Assembly: GCA_965235115.1 (NCBI GenBank)
Contig: OZ249436.1
Span: 16,928,001-16,992,000, forward strand
DNA: 64,000 nt
Direction: 5' to 3'
Source of the DNA: Laetmonice hystrix
Taxonomy: Eukaryota
A program made the position numbers and the translations under genes. The notes beneath the pieces are model-generated. The model saw only the letters and a list, made by a program, of their open reading frames with translations. It was not told the DNA's origin and did no database searches. Below are positions 50,223 through 62,336 of the stretch, piece by piece (position 1 is the first letter of the stretch; the number at the start of each line of letters is the position of its first letter).

Positions 50223-52297
50223 GGTGAGACCGCGCGCACTGGGAACTGACCTTGGACCTCTTCCCCTTGAGGTACATTGGATTCAACAGGACAGGCCTGC
50301 TCTCCAAAAACACCGGCGACGTCTGTGTCGGTGTCGGTCAATGTGTGAATGGTCACGTTGAAAAAATAAGGTGTCGGTGTCGGTATTGGTACCGGTATCG
50401 GCCACTGTGTGATCGGCGCATAACACTCCCATCTCCGGTGAACTGAACAACTTATAAACCAAGGCTATGGATCACAGCCTTGATAGTAGTGGCCGAGTTG
50501 GCATGGACATATTGGTATACCTTATATGGTAATCTTGGGGCCGGTGTTCGCTTCCAGTAGGTATACAATTATTAATTGTCTCTGTCTGGAAATTGGGAAA
50601 GTGAACTTTCAGGCCACGCCTGATGCTCGTGCACAGTGAAGGTTCCTCCAATCACCGTATTCATGCATAATTCTACCGAAATGCAATAATCTCCGCATTA
50701 GTTCAATCCACCGTCAATGCTTGTTTGTCATTCATGAAATCAATACGACTCCAAAACCGGAATGACCGACGATTTCTTTATATCGTTTGCAATTTTTCAA
50801 TATAACTCCACAAGGACCGTCTCAGATAAGGCTAATTTTTCGTTTATTTCGTCATATTTTTTCCAAGTGCATCCGCAGATAATACAGGATCGGATTTGAT
50901 GGAAACCCTACAAATTTGCTTCCAATTAGGAAATTCGTCGGGAAGAATTGTCCGTAAAGTCGTCATTTATTATTATTATTATTAAGGGGGCGTGCAGGTT
51001 TAAGTCCTGCCCAGGGACCAGCGGAACATCTGGCAAACTCACCTGACTCGAGGACGCCAGCGTTTGGTCGACAAGATCACGTGACGAGGCCTCATGGAAC
51101 GCTGCCGATCCTTGTCACGTGACCAGTCACATGCCAAAGTCTACAAATAGGCTGTAACGCCGCGCGGTAAAAATAGCACCGAGAATATTGACTGGCAATA
51201 CATTTGACACCCATAACGCCATGCAAGATCTATCAATAGAATGCAATTAGCAGCAGCTTGTGATGCTCAATGTGAACAACGTGCAGGTCTAACGATCGAA
51301 CTAAGGAGTGGACGGGAGAATGGTCTATCAATTACTCAACATGAACTCATTCCTCCTGAGACTCATTAACCGAATCTAATTAGAAGTGAAAAACGATCGG
51401 CGGCGGTGCCGACGGTGGCTGCCGAGTGCGACTGGCAAGTGGCTTGAATTTGACATGATGATGACATGATGATGGGAGCGGCCCCGCCGACTGACCCGGT
51501 GGTCCTGGAGGTGACACAGGGTCAGTCGACACTCTCCAGTTCGAGAGCGGCCCCGCCGACTGACCCGGTGGTCTTGGAGGTGAGACAGGGTCTCTCGACA
51601 CTCTCATCAGCGTCTGAAAAAGCAATATAAAGAGTGGGTTGGGTGAGCCCCCCAGCCCCGCCAGGGTGATGCTGCAGGATGATTATAAAATGGAAAATGG
51701 GGTTACCTATAAGGAGGTAGAGTGAAGGACCCCCCTCCCTTCCACCGCCAGCACGACTGTGTCGGACCCGGTCTCAGCTTCACCTTGGGTTGGGATAGAA
51801 GGTGGGTGGGTGGGGTATATCGAACTGGCCTTTCCCTGCCCATTCTCTGGAATGGGTTTGTAACCGAGTACGGGATCAAACTTGACGCCGTAGAGTCCAG
51901 CCCCTTCACTCTTATACCCCCCACCTTTACCCTTACCCCCACCCCTCACACACGGCATGCGTGTGGCCCGACTGTCTCGGCCCGAAGGCTACAAGGCTGA
52001 GCTCGTCTGATCACGAATACCAAATACTAACCCCCGGAAGGCCACCCTCATGTGGTTTGGGGTAACAATCACCACCCCCACCCCAACACCGTAAGTGGTC
52101 CACTGATCTCGGTGGTTCCACAGTCGCCCTCCTCAATGCCACAATTCGTGAGTCCAGGAATAAACGCGGAGATCAGATCTCCGAAGTGTTGTGAGAACAG
52201 TTGGCCTGGGTCTGTGCCAGCGTGTTGGATCAATAGACCTACCGTCAACATGACATGCTCTATTCGTGAACCCCCGTACCACACGACGTGTACTGCC

Positions 52298-52940
52298 AGC
52301 CCCTCACTACAACGGTTTACAGTCAGCCCAGCCCCTGACTACACCGGCTTACAGTCAGCCCAGCCCCTGACTACACCGGCTTACAGTCAGCCCAGCCCCT
52401 CACTACACCGGCTTACAGTCAGCCCAGCCCCTCACCTCACCGGCTTACAATCAGCCCAGCCCCTCACTACACCGGCTTACAGTCAGCCCAGCCCCTCACT
52501 ACACCGGCTTACAGTCAGCCCAGCCCCTCACTACACCGGCTTACAGTCAGCCCAGCCCCTCACTACACCGGCTTACAGTCAGCCCAGCCCCTCACTACAC
52601 CGGCTTACAGTCAGCCCAGCCCCTCACTACACCGGCTTACAGTCAGCCCAGCCCCTCACCTCACCGGTTTACAGTCAGCCCAGCCCCTCACTACACCGGC
52701 TTACAGTCAGCCCAGCCCCTCACCTCACCGGCTTACAGTCAGCCCAGCCCCTCACTACACCGGCTTACAGTCAGCCCAGCCCCTCACTACACCGGCTTAC
52801 AGTCAGCCCAGCCCCTCAGTACACCGGCTTACAGTCAGCCCAGCCCCTCACTACACCGGCTTACAGTCAGCCCAGCCCCTCACTACACCGGCTTACAGTC
52901 AGCCCAACCCCTCACCTCACCGGTTTACAATCAGCCCAGC
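52298..52940. repeat. 32-bp minisatellite, ~20 copies
   Basis: Unit cagcccagcccctcactacaccggcttacagt. Confidence 0.96.
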
Positions 52941-53785
52941 GCCAGGAACCTTTCAGATATTACGGTTTTCATGGCTTCTAGTTCCTCCAACACTATCAGA
53001 CACAAACCAACCAATGCCGTCCCGTGGACGGACCATTCAGTGACCCTGACCATCCAATCACTGGACACGACCAATCCAATCACTTGAAGCCGATCGATCA
53101 CATGACACAGACCAACCAATCATGCGAGGAAGCCGTGGTGATTCCACTGGTGGCAATATTAGGAGAGACGAAGCGCCCTCTCGCGGTGACCCGGGTTTAT
53201 CCTCTGGGACTTTCCAAAACTGGATCAATTTACAATAACGTGACGCATTGTGATGTAGTCAAAAATTATGGCTAAGTGACACCGCCATACTCCACTACAT
53301 CAATTTCAAAAATAATGACGGTCCGCTTGGGTCCTCCCGCCGCCCCCCCCCCCCACCCCCCCCCCCCCACCCCCCGCCAAGTTTCAGGTCAGTTTTAGCA
53401 GTGTCCAACCATCCAAGCCAGCTCAGACTTGATTTTCTCTCTACACCACGAACACATTGTTTCTATAAATGACTCCGTTTTTATCATTCCGAGAAAAAGG
53501 TTTGATGAGGCGGAATGGACGTGGAGATCATGAGGTACGAGTTGTGAGATTTGTGAGATTATCAGCTGGTTGAGTTAATTGGTGTCCCTGAAGAAGGTAG
53601 TTAGCCTTCTCAGAGTCTATTGTTGGAGATGAAGGAAGGCGGACTGTACCTAAAACATATCCCACAATTGTTCAAACCTCTACATGGTGAAAGGCTTTCT
53701 TCTTCCACCTAATCACAGCTCGCAGACCACGGTGTCGTTGAGTCTTTTTCTCTCCGTGATGCTTTTGTCAGGTGTACTTCCCTCC

Positions 53786-54160
53786 CGTCCGCGGTCCGGG
53801 GAGAGTCCTTGGCACCCCCTCTATCGGCCGCGCTCCGGGGAGAGAGTCCTTGGCACCCCCTCTCTCGGCCGCGGTCCGGGGAGAGTCCTTGGCACCTCCT
53901 CTCTCGGCCGCCGTCCGGGCAGAGAGTCCTTGGCACCCCCTCTCTCGGCCGCGGTCCGGGGAGAGAGTCCTTGGCACCCCCTCCCCCGTTCGCGGTCCGG
54001 GGAGAGTGTCCTTGGCACCCCCTTCCCCGTCCGCGGTCCGGGGAGAGTGTCCTTGGCACCCCCTCCCCCTCCCCCGTCCGCGGTCCGGGGAGTGTCCTTG
54101 GCACACACACCCCGTCCGCGGTCCGGGGAGAGTATCCTTGGCACCCCCTCCCCCGTCCGT
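53786..54160. repeat. ~40-bp GC-rich minisatellite, ~9 copies
   Basis: Unit ccgcggtccggggagagagtccttggcaccccctctctcgg. Confidence 0.93.
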
Positions 54161-54592
54161 GGTATGGCATATTTCCCGGTCCCCTTGCCCACAGTCCAAG
54201 GATGGTACGCCCCTAGTCGCCGCGCCTGTGGTACGGGCAGCGAGTCACCCATGCACCGCAAGACTCTCTGCGACTTGAGTAGACTCATTACGATGGTAAT
54301 TTGCTCTTTTGATTTGACAGTCAATTTCGTGAAATCTTCTGTTCCTAATGAAACCTCAGGCTTCAAGTACCTTGCTAATAAATGCTCATTAGTCTAAATA
54401 TCATTTCCTGCTTGAAAACATCGCTTCTTTGATGAACCCAAAATAGTGTGTGGTCTATCCTTCACAGAGTAGTAATGCATCATGGTGGAATCCAAGGAGT
54501 GATCTGCCTGAAGGCGGGTCGGGTCACGACTTAGATTAAAAACGTCCTTTATAAAATCAGATGTACATGTACTGAAGTTATGACCAAAACCA

Positions 54593-54903
54593 TTACAGAT
54601 TGTATGGGCCACTACAGATGGTATGGGCCACTACAGATGGTATAGGCCACTACAGATGGTATAGGCCACTACATATGGTATAGGCCACTACAGATGGTAT
54701 AGGCCACTATAGATTGTATGGGCCACTACATATTTTATGGGCCACTACAGATGGTATAGGCCACTACAGATGGTATAGGCCACTACAGATTGTATGGGCC
54801 ACTACATATTTTATGGGCCACTACAGATGGTATAGGCCACTACAGATGGTATAGGCCACTACAGATACTATAGGCCACTACAGATGGTATAGCACAGATG
54901 GTA
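54593..54903. repeat. 19-bp minisatellite, ~16 copies
   Basis: Unit ggccactacagatggtata. Confidence 0.95.
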
Positions 54904-55375
54904 CCAACACTCGGTAGAGGCCAAATTACTGATGCTATTTTACAGGCTGGTTAGGTGTTAATCATGGCAGGCTCACAACCATACACATACCCACGTCTTC
55001 TGTTTTTCTTCAAGACAAAATAGCTAAACAAAATAGCTTAAATAGATCGGCCGCAGCTAGCCTCAAGTACTCCCGGTACCTAGACAGATCTAGCGGGTTC
55101 TTTCCGCTACACTCGACCTCCTTGACAGCCGCTATTTGTGTGACAAATGGCCTCCCATGCCACCGTCTTCCTCGACATGGAAAGTCACTTCTGCAGGCCA
55201 CGGCGTGTCCTGGTTTGTAAATAATAATGGTGGGTCGGCGTGACACAGGTGGCGCTCGGGTCGACGTCCGCGCGCCGTAACTGACCTTAGGATCACGTGA
55301 CACCTCCACATCAACCAATCTGAGGACGGCTGTCAGATCCGGAGGTTTACGTGTTGTTGTGACGTTAAACAACTA

Positions 55376-56563
55376 ATTCAGGACTTTGATATCGGCCCAC
55401 GAAATCACTCAGACAAGTCATTCAGGACTTTGCTATCGGCCTATGAAATCAGAGCGACAAGTTATTCAAGACTTTGCTATCGGCCTTTGAAATCAATACT
55501 GACAAGTTATTCAAGACTTTGCTATCGGCCTATGAAATCACTCAGACAAGTTATTCAAGACTTTGCTATCGGCCTATGAAATCAGAGCGACAAGTTATTC
55601 AAGACTTTGCCATCGGCCTATGAAATCAATCAGACAAGTTATTCGGGACTTTGCTATCGGCCTATGAAATCAATCAGACAAGTTATTCGGGACTTTGCTA
55701 TCGGCCTATGAAATCAATCAGACAAGTTATTCGGGACTTTGCTATCGGCCTATGAAATCAATCAGACAAGTTATTCGGGACTTTGCTATCGGCCTATGAA
55801 ATCAATCAGACAAGTTATTCGGGACTTTGCTATCGGCCTATGAAATCAATCAGACAAGTTATTCGGGACTTTGCTATCGGCCTATGAAATCAATCAGACA
55901 AGTTATTCGGGACTTTGCTATCGGCCTATGAAATCAATCAGACAAGTTATTCGGGACTTTGCTATCGCCGGGCCTATGAAATCAATCAGACAAGTTATTC
56001 GGGACTTTGCTATCGGCCTATGAAATCAATCAGACAAGTTATTCGGGACTTTGCTATCGGCCTATGAAATCAATCAGACAAGTTATTCGGGACTTTGCTA
56101 TCGGCCTATGAAATCAATCAGACAAGTTATTCGGGACTTTGCTATCGGCCTATGAAATCAATCAGACAAGTTATTCGGGACTTTGCTATCGGCCTATGAA
56201 ATCAATCAGACAAGTTATTCAAGACTTTGCTATCGGCCTATGAAATCAATCAGACAAGTTATTCGGGACTTTGCTATCGGCCTATGAAATCAATCAGACA
56301 AGTTATTCGGGACTTTGCTATCGGCCTATGAAATCAATCAGACAAGTTATTCAGGACTTTGCTATCGGCCTATGAAATCAATCAGACAAGTTATTCGGGA
56401 CTTTGCTATCGGCCTATGAAATCAATCAGACAAGTTATTCAAGACTTTGCTATCGGCCTATGAAATCAATCAGACAAGTTATTCAAGAATTTGCTATCGG
56501 CCTATGAAATCAATCAGACAAGTTATTCGGGACTTTGCTATCGGCCTATGAAATCAGAGAGAC
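55376..56563. repeat. 44-bp minisatellite, ~27 copies
   Basis: Unit caagttattcgggactttgctatcggcctatgaaatcaatcaga. Confidence 0.97.
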
Positions 56564-56925
56564 AGGCCGATAATTGGTTCCCACCAGTTGAACCTTTCCA
56601 TATTAACAGAGGATTGATCTCCGATCGTTTAAGGTGCGATCAATGTTCGATTTTGAAAGTATTCTGAGTTGAAAGGTTCCCTTCAACGTTTCTGCTTCCT
56701 TCTACCTGAAGCTACCGCCGAGGGTAATTTGACTGCTGAGGTACTATGTCATCTGAAATCGAACTCTCTATTAACATTTAAAGCCTTGCTGTGATATTGG
56801 CCCTATTTATTGTGACGCTATTGTGACAAGTAAGTCGAGTCATCGACAAAACAGATTTTTAAGAAAAATGCATAGATGCTATAGTTTTACCTGTGCGCTT
56901 GTTGAAGCCCTGCTGTCGATTGTTC

Positions 56926-57951
56926 TGGTGGTAAACCTAGCCCCTGCCACAACATGCGACTGTCTACTGGTAAACCTAGCCTCTGCCACAACATGTGACT
57001 GTCTACTGGTAAACCTAGCCCCTGCCACAACATGTGACTGTCTACTGGTAAATCTAGCCCCTGCCACAACAAGTGACTGTCTGCTGGTAAACCTAGCCCC
57101 TGCCACAACATGTGACTGTCTACTGGTAAATCTAGCCCCTGCCACAACATGTTACTGTCTACTGGTAAATCTAGCCCCTGCCACTACATGTTACTGTCTA
57201 CTGGTAAATCTAGCCCCTGCCACAACATGTGACTGTCTACTGGTAAATCTAGCCCCTGCCACAACATGTGACTGTCTACTGGTAAATCTATCCCCTGCCA
57301 CATGTAACTGTCTACTGGTAAATCTAGCCCCTGCCACATGTAACTGTCTACTGGTGAATCTAGCCCCTGCCACAACATGTGACTGTCTACTGGTAAATCT
57401 AGCCCCTGCCACAACATGCGACTGTCTACTGGTAAATCTAGCCCCTGCCACTACATGCGACTGTCTACTGGTAAACCTAGCCCCTGCCACAACATGTAAC
57501 TGTCTACTGGTAAACCTAGCCCCTGCCACAACATGCGACTGTCTACTGGTAAACCTAGCCCCTGCCACAACATGTGACTGTCTGCTGGTAAACCTAGCCC
57601 CTGCCACTACATGCGACTGTCTAGTGGTAAACCTAGCCCCTGCCACAACATGTGACTGTCTGCTGGTAAACCTAGCCCCTGCCACTACATGCGACTGTCT
57701 ACTGGTAAACCTAGCCCCTGCCACTACATGTAACTGTCTACTGGTAAACCTAGCCCCTGCCACAACATGTGACTGTCTACTGGTAAACCTAGCCCCTGCC
57801 ACAACATGTGACTGTCTGCTGGTAAACCTAGCCCCTGCCACTACATGTGACTGTCTACTGGTAAACCTAGCCCCTGCCACTACATGTGACTGTCTACTGG
57901 TAAATCTAGCCCCTGCCACAACATGTGACTGTCTACTGGTAAACCTAGCCC
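56926..57951. repeat. 39-bp minisatellite, ~26 copies
   Basis: Unit ctggtaaacctagcccctgccacaacatgtgactgtcta. Confidence 0.97.
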
Positions 57952-59271
57952 AGCTCAACTCAGCCACAAAATAAGACTGCAGATTTCCCGAGTTTAGGAC
58001 GGACGTCGCTGTCGTAGTTCGTGGCGCTGTACAAGTGTATAGTAAGAGCCCTGAGCTGTTTGACGTGGTAATAACATGTCAGAAAAAGGCGTGGAATCCG
58101 CCGACGTCACGCAGACACACGGGTTTGACGTTAGATCAATTTTCCGAGTCTTAACGGAAATAAGTTACGGCACTCGATCGCTGCCCCGCCCGCTTAAATT
58201 ACCATGCTTCAGCCAACTCGTTAACCCTGCGCTCATGCTACCATTTCGATATACTTCTCAAACACACTAGTAAGTAGTATACGAAAATGTATGTTTTAAT
58301 GCAGGCAATCCAAGGTAACGTTGCACATTTAGCTCTAGATTCAGGCTATAAAAAAATACCATTCCCTTGAATGAATGGAGGGGGGGGGGATTCTGTGGGG
58401 TACAAGTCTTGACATAATTATATACCACTCCCCCCCCTCACCCAATCCTGTGTTTGTCCCGTTCTGCAGTATTTTGTATTGGTTCGGTCGTTTTAAATAA
58501 ACGCCAAACTCGGCTCTTATCTTCAATCATGACACATACAAATCTCCAGCGATCATTCTAAAAATCAACCGTTCCCTGCATTTAGATTGCACGCAGCTCG
58601 TAAGATCGATGTTTAACTGCGACAAAGTGTCTGAAATGTCTCGTGTTAGATTCCGACCGTCAGATCAATGCATAATTCACCCAGAGAAAACATCCAACTT
58701 CTGGACGCTGACCCGGACTCGAGTAATCCGATATCGGGGTGAGGGTAGAGTTTCGATATCGGGGTGAGGGTAGTTTCGATATCGGGGCGAGGGTTGAGGT
58801 TGTGTACAGTGTCACTGGGGACACGGAAGTCTGCGTAACGTGACTGACGTCATTTGTTAACAATAAGGACGGCTACAAATAACCTTTGGGTGTCCACGCT
58901 GGTTCTCCGTCCCACCAAACTGTGTCTGCGTAAAATATGTATGTGTATCAATAACCGAGATACGAATGGGGGAAGGAGGAAGGGGATGGAATCGGTCCCA
59001 TTCTCTGCTCTAAAAGTTAAAGTTATCGGAGTTTAGTGACCTGGGTCTACCTTTGAACGTTTTACATGGGGGTTCATATATTCATGATAAAAGATATAAT
59101 ACATATTGGCGGCTTACAATAACGATATGTATGAGATGATGACATCTTTTGTTATACCACTGAATGGTGGGATTAGGTCACCGAGTAGATGGGGTATGAG
59201 TACATCACCACCACACGGAATTAAAATGATAACTTTGTTCTCTTCATTCGGACAGTCTAAGATACCTCCAG

Positions 59272-59669
59272 GGACTAACCCCACAAGTCTCAGATACAAG
59301 GACTAAACCACCAGTCTCAGATACAAGGACTAAACCACCAGTCTCAGATACAAGGACTAAACCACCAGTCTCAGATACAAGGACTAAACCACCAGTCTCA
59401 GATACAAGGACTAAACCACCAGTCTCAGATACAAGGACTAAACCACCAGTCTCAGATACAAGGACTAAACCACCAGTCTCAGATACAAGGACTAAACCAC
59501 CAGTCTCAGATACAAGGACTAAACCACCAGTCTCAGATACAAGGACTAAACCACCAGTCTCAGATACAAGGACTAAACCACCAGTCTCACATACAAGGAC
59601 TAAACCACCAGTCTCAGATACAAGGACTAAACCACCAGTCTCACATACAAGGACTAACCCCACCAGTCT
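59272..59669. repeat. 27-bp minisatellite, ~15 copies
   Basis: Unit ggactaaaccaccagtctcagatacaa. Confidence 0.96.
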
Positions 59670-60093
59670 ATTACTCCATCACCCAGGATCCCTGACTGCA
59701 TGGGCTTTCCATGATGACCACAAGGACCTGTTGTTGTAAGATGCATGTACACCCTGATGGCAACCTACTAATTCATGGAAGCCTGGATGATTCACTGTGT
59801 TAATGTTTAAATCCTCACTCAGATCCACATATGTAGACTACCGTTTTGAGAAGGTACATGTGTACTGGTATTATACACAAGTATCTGCCATGATCCACCG
59901 GTAACTGGTAAAATCCGGCTCACACTCCCCACCGGAATCTCATCACAGGAACGAACAACTCAAATCCCGTTTTCAATTTTTCATGGCGGCAGACGCCATT
60001 TTTAACTGGCCGGCGGCGTTGGTCGCCAGTACAAGAAGCAGCAGCTGATTACAACGATTCTAATTAAGAGGGACGCTTCCCCTAACTAATGCT

Positions 60094-61242
60094 CTTCTGT
60101 GACAAAGTACGGGAGACTGGCTGGGGGGGGGGGGTCTCTGTGACAAAGTATGGGAGACTGGCTGGGGGGGGGTCTCTGTGACAAAGTATGGGAGACTGGC
60201 TGGGGGGGGGGGCTCTGTGACAAAGTATGGGAGACTGGCTGGGGGGGGGGGGGCTCTGTGACCAAGTATGGGAGACTGGCTGGGGGGGGGCTCTGTGACA
60301 AAGTATGGGAGACTGGCTGGGGGGGGGGGGCTCTGTGACAAAGTATGGGAGACTGGCTGGGGGGGGGGCTCTGTGACAAAGTATGGGAGACTGGCTGGGG
60401 GGGGGGGCTCTGTGACAAAGTATGGGAGACTGACTGGGGGGGGGGGGGTCTCTGTGACAAAGTATGGGAGACTGGCTGGGGGGGGGTCTCTGTGACAAAG
60501 TATGGGAGACTGGCTGGGGGGGGGGGGGGGGGGCTCTGTGACAAAGTATGGGAGACTGACTGGGGGGGTCTCTGTGACAAAGTATGGGAGACTGACTGGG
60601 GGGGGGGTCTCTGTGACAAAGTATGGGAGACTGGCTGGGGGGGGGGGCTCTGTGACAAAGTATGGGAGACTGACTGGGGGGGGGGTCTCTGTGACAAAGT
60701 ATGGGAGACTGGCTGGGGGGGGGGTCTCTGTGACAAAGTATGGGAGACTGGCTGGGGGGGGGCTCTGTGACAAAGTATGGGGGACTGGCTGGGGGGGGTG
60801 CTCCTCTGTGACAAAGTATGGGAGACTGACTGGGGGCCGGTGTGCTCCTCTGTGACAAAGTATGGGAGACTGACTGGGGGGGCGGTGTGCTCCTCTGTGA
60901 CAAAGTATGGGAGACTGGCTGGGGGGGGGGGGGCTCTGTGACAAAGTATGGGGGACTGGCTGGGGGGGCGGTGTGCTCCTCTGGGACAAAGTATGGGAGA
61001 CTGGCTGGGGGGGGGGGGGCTCTGTGACAAAGTATGGGGGACTGGCTGGGGGGTGTGCTCCTCTGTGACAAAGTATGGGAGACTAGCTGGGGGGGGGCTC
61101 TGTGACAAAGTATGGGGGACTGGCTGGGGGGGGGGGCGGTGTGCTCCTCTGGGACAAAGTATGGGAGACTGACTGGGGGGCGGTGTGCTCTTCTGTGACA
61201 AAGTGTAAGAATGGGAGACTGGCTGGGGGTGGGGGGGGGGGG
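60094..61242. repeat. ~40-bp minisatellite with a variable poly-G tract, ~27 copies
   Basis: ctctgtgacaaagtatgggagactggct(G)n. Confidence 0.96.
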
Positions 61243-61245
61243 CTT

Positions 61246-61625
61246 GTTAAACCGTATATCAAGTCAGAGTGCTACAAACTGTATTGTCAGGGAAGGACAC
61301 ATGTGTGTATCAGCGAACTGGGCAAGGCAAAAGCTTATGCTATCGGGCACTTTCGGGAGAAAGCCTAAGGGTAAGACCGTTTAGTGTTGCTGTTGCGGAA
61401 TGAGAATACTGTGTAGCACCCTACTGGAATCGAACCCCAGTCCCAAGACCCATTTGCATAGCATCAGGTATCAACGCCAAAGCCAGCACCATTTGCACGG
61501 GCATCAGGCGTAATCCAGTTCACCCTCTGAATGTCCGGAGAGAGAAAATTGTATAGCACCCTCCTGGAATCGAACCCCGGCCCCAAGATTAACGCACCCA
61601 CTCGCATAGCATTAGGTATCAACGT
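61246..61625 (-). mobile_element. Probable SINE-like dispersed repeat with two B-box-like modules
   Basis: 61246-61386 aligns by eye in inverted orientation with 40459-40593; minus-strand GGTTCGATTCC occurs twice, 140 bp apart, in duplicated modules. Confidence 0.5.
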
Positions 61626-62225
61626 AGATGCCAACGTAGGTACTCCCCAACTCTGAGTTCCTTAGTCGCCGACCGCTGCTGGCCAACCATTGCCATCACT
61701 CACACACCGGCTGCGCCCATCTTTAATCACAGCGGAAATGACGTACATCACGCCAACAACTTAAAACCCTGAACAAACGCCATGAAACATTATACCGACA
61801 TCAAAGAATCTTTTAAAACACACATCTGTATATACTGAGTCCACGACATGGCCCACCCCGGCAAACTGTGTCCACAGCCGGCGGACCGCGCCTCACCATA
61901 CCGCCCTCATCAAACAAAGACATTGGACAAATCTCTATTTGCAAAGTTACTCTTTGTTTGCCATGAAGAATATAATTTCCAATAGTTCACATTAAGACGG
62001 ACACAATGGCAATAGCCTATCAACATTGTGAAGTCGCCATGGTAACGATTGATCTCCAAGCAGACGGGCCAAGATATGCGGTATGAGTTGAACATTGATC
62101 AGAACAGCACGTGGCCCGTGTGTGTCTAACATTGATCCATCATTCTGGCTTCACCGACGAGACCCAAGCTGACAGCAGAGGACTGAAGGGCATTTCAAAT
62201 TCACCTTCACATACAGGCCCGACAT

Positions 62226-62336
62226 TGTCCTTACAACTCCCGGCCACATCAAACTCTGCCTCACCTCCACGTACCGGCCTATAAACTTTATGTCCTTACA
62301 ACTCCCGGCCACATCAAACTCTGCCTCACCTCCACA
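62226..62336. repeat. Two-copy local duplication, ~65-bp period
   Basis: tgtccttacaactcccggccacatcaaactctgcctcacctccac x2. Confidence 0.9.

Noticed and set aside
52052..52981. 309-aa mucin-like ORF
   Set aside because: A 32-bp repeat cycling through frames.
54241..54366. KSQRVLRCMG followed by GT, as the missing DEP exon
   Set aside because: Only superficial similarity; lacks the MQD, GVP and IP..F motifs and the spacing is wrong.
56823..57974. 383-aa ORF of LLVNLAPATTCDC repeats
   Set aside because: A stop-free 39-bp minisatellite, also largely open on the other strand; no domain or splice support.
60060..61201. Pro-rich 309-371-aa ORFs; CRISPR-like look of repeat plus variable spacer
   Set aside because: The spacers are only poly-G, there are no cas genes, the context is eukaryotic, and the ORFs are open in all frames.
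1341..61242. Many repeat units contain 6-bp palindromes
   Set aside because: Expected by chance in roughly half of 40-bp units, so not informative without statistics.
61411..61625. tRNA genes
   Set aside because: Only a B-box/T-arm; no acceptor stem or D-arm could be built.
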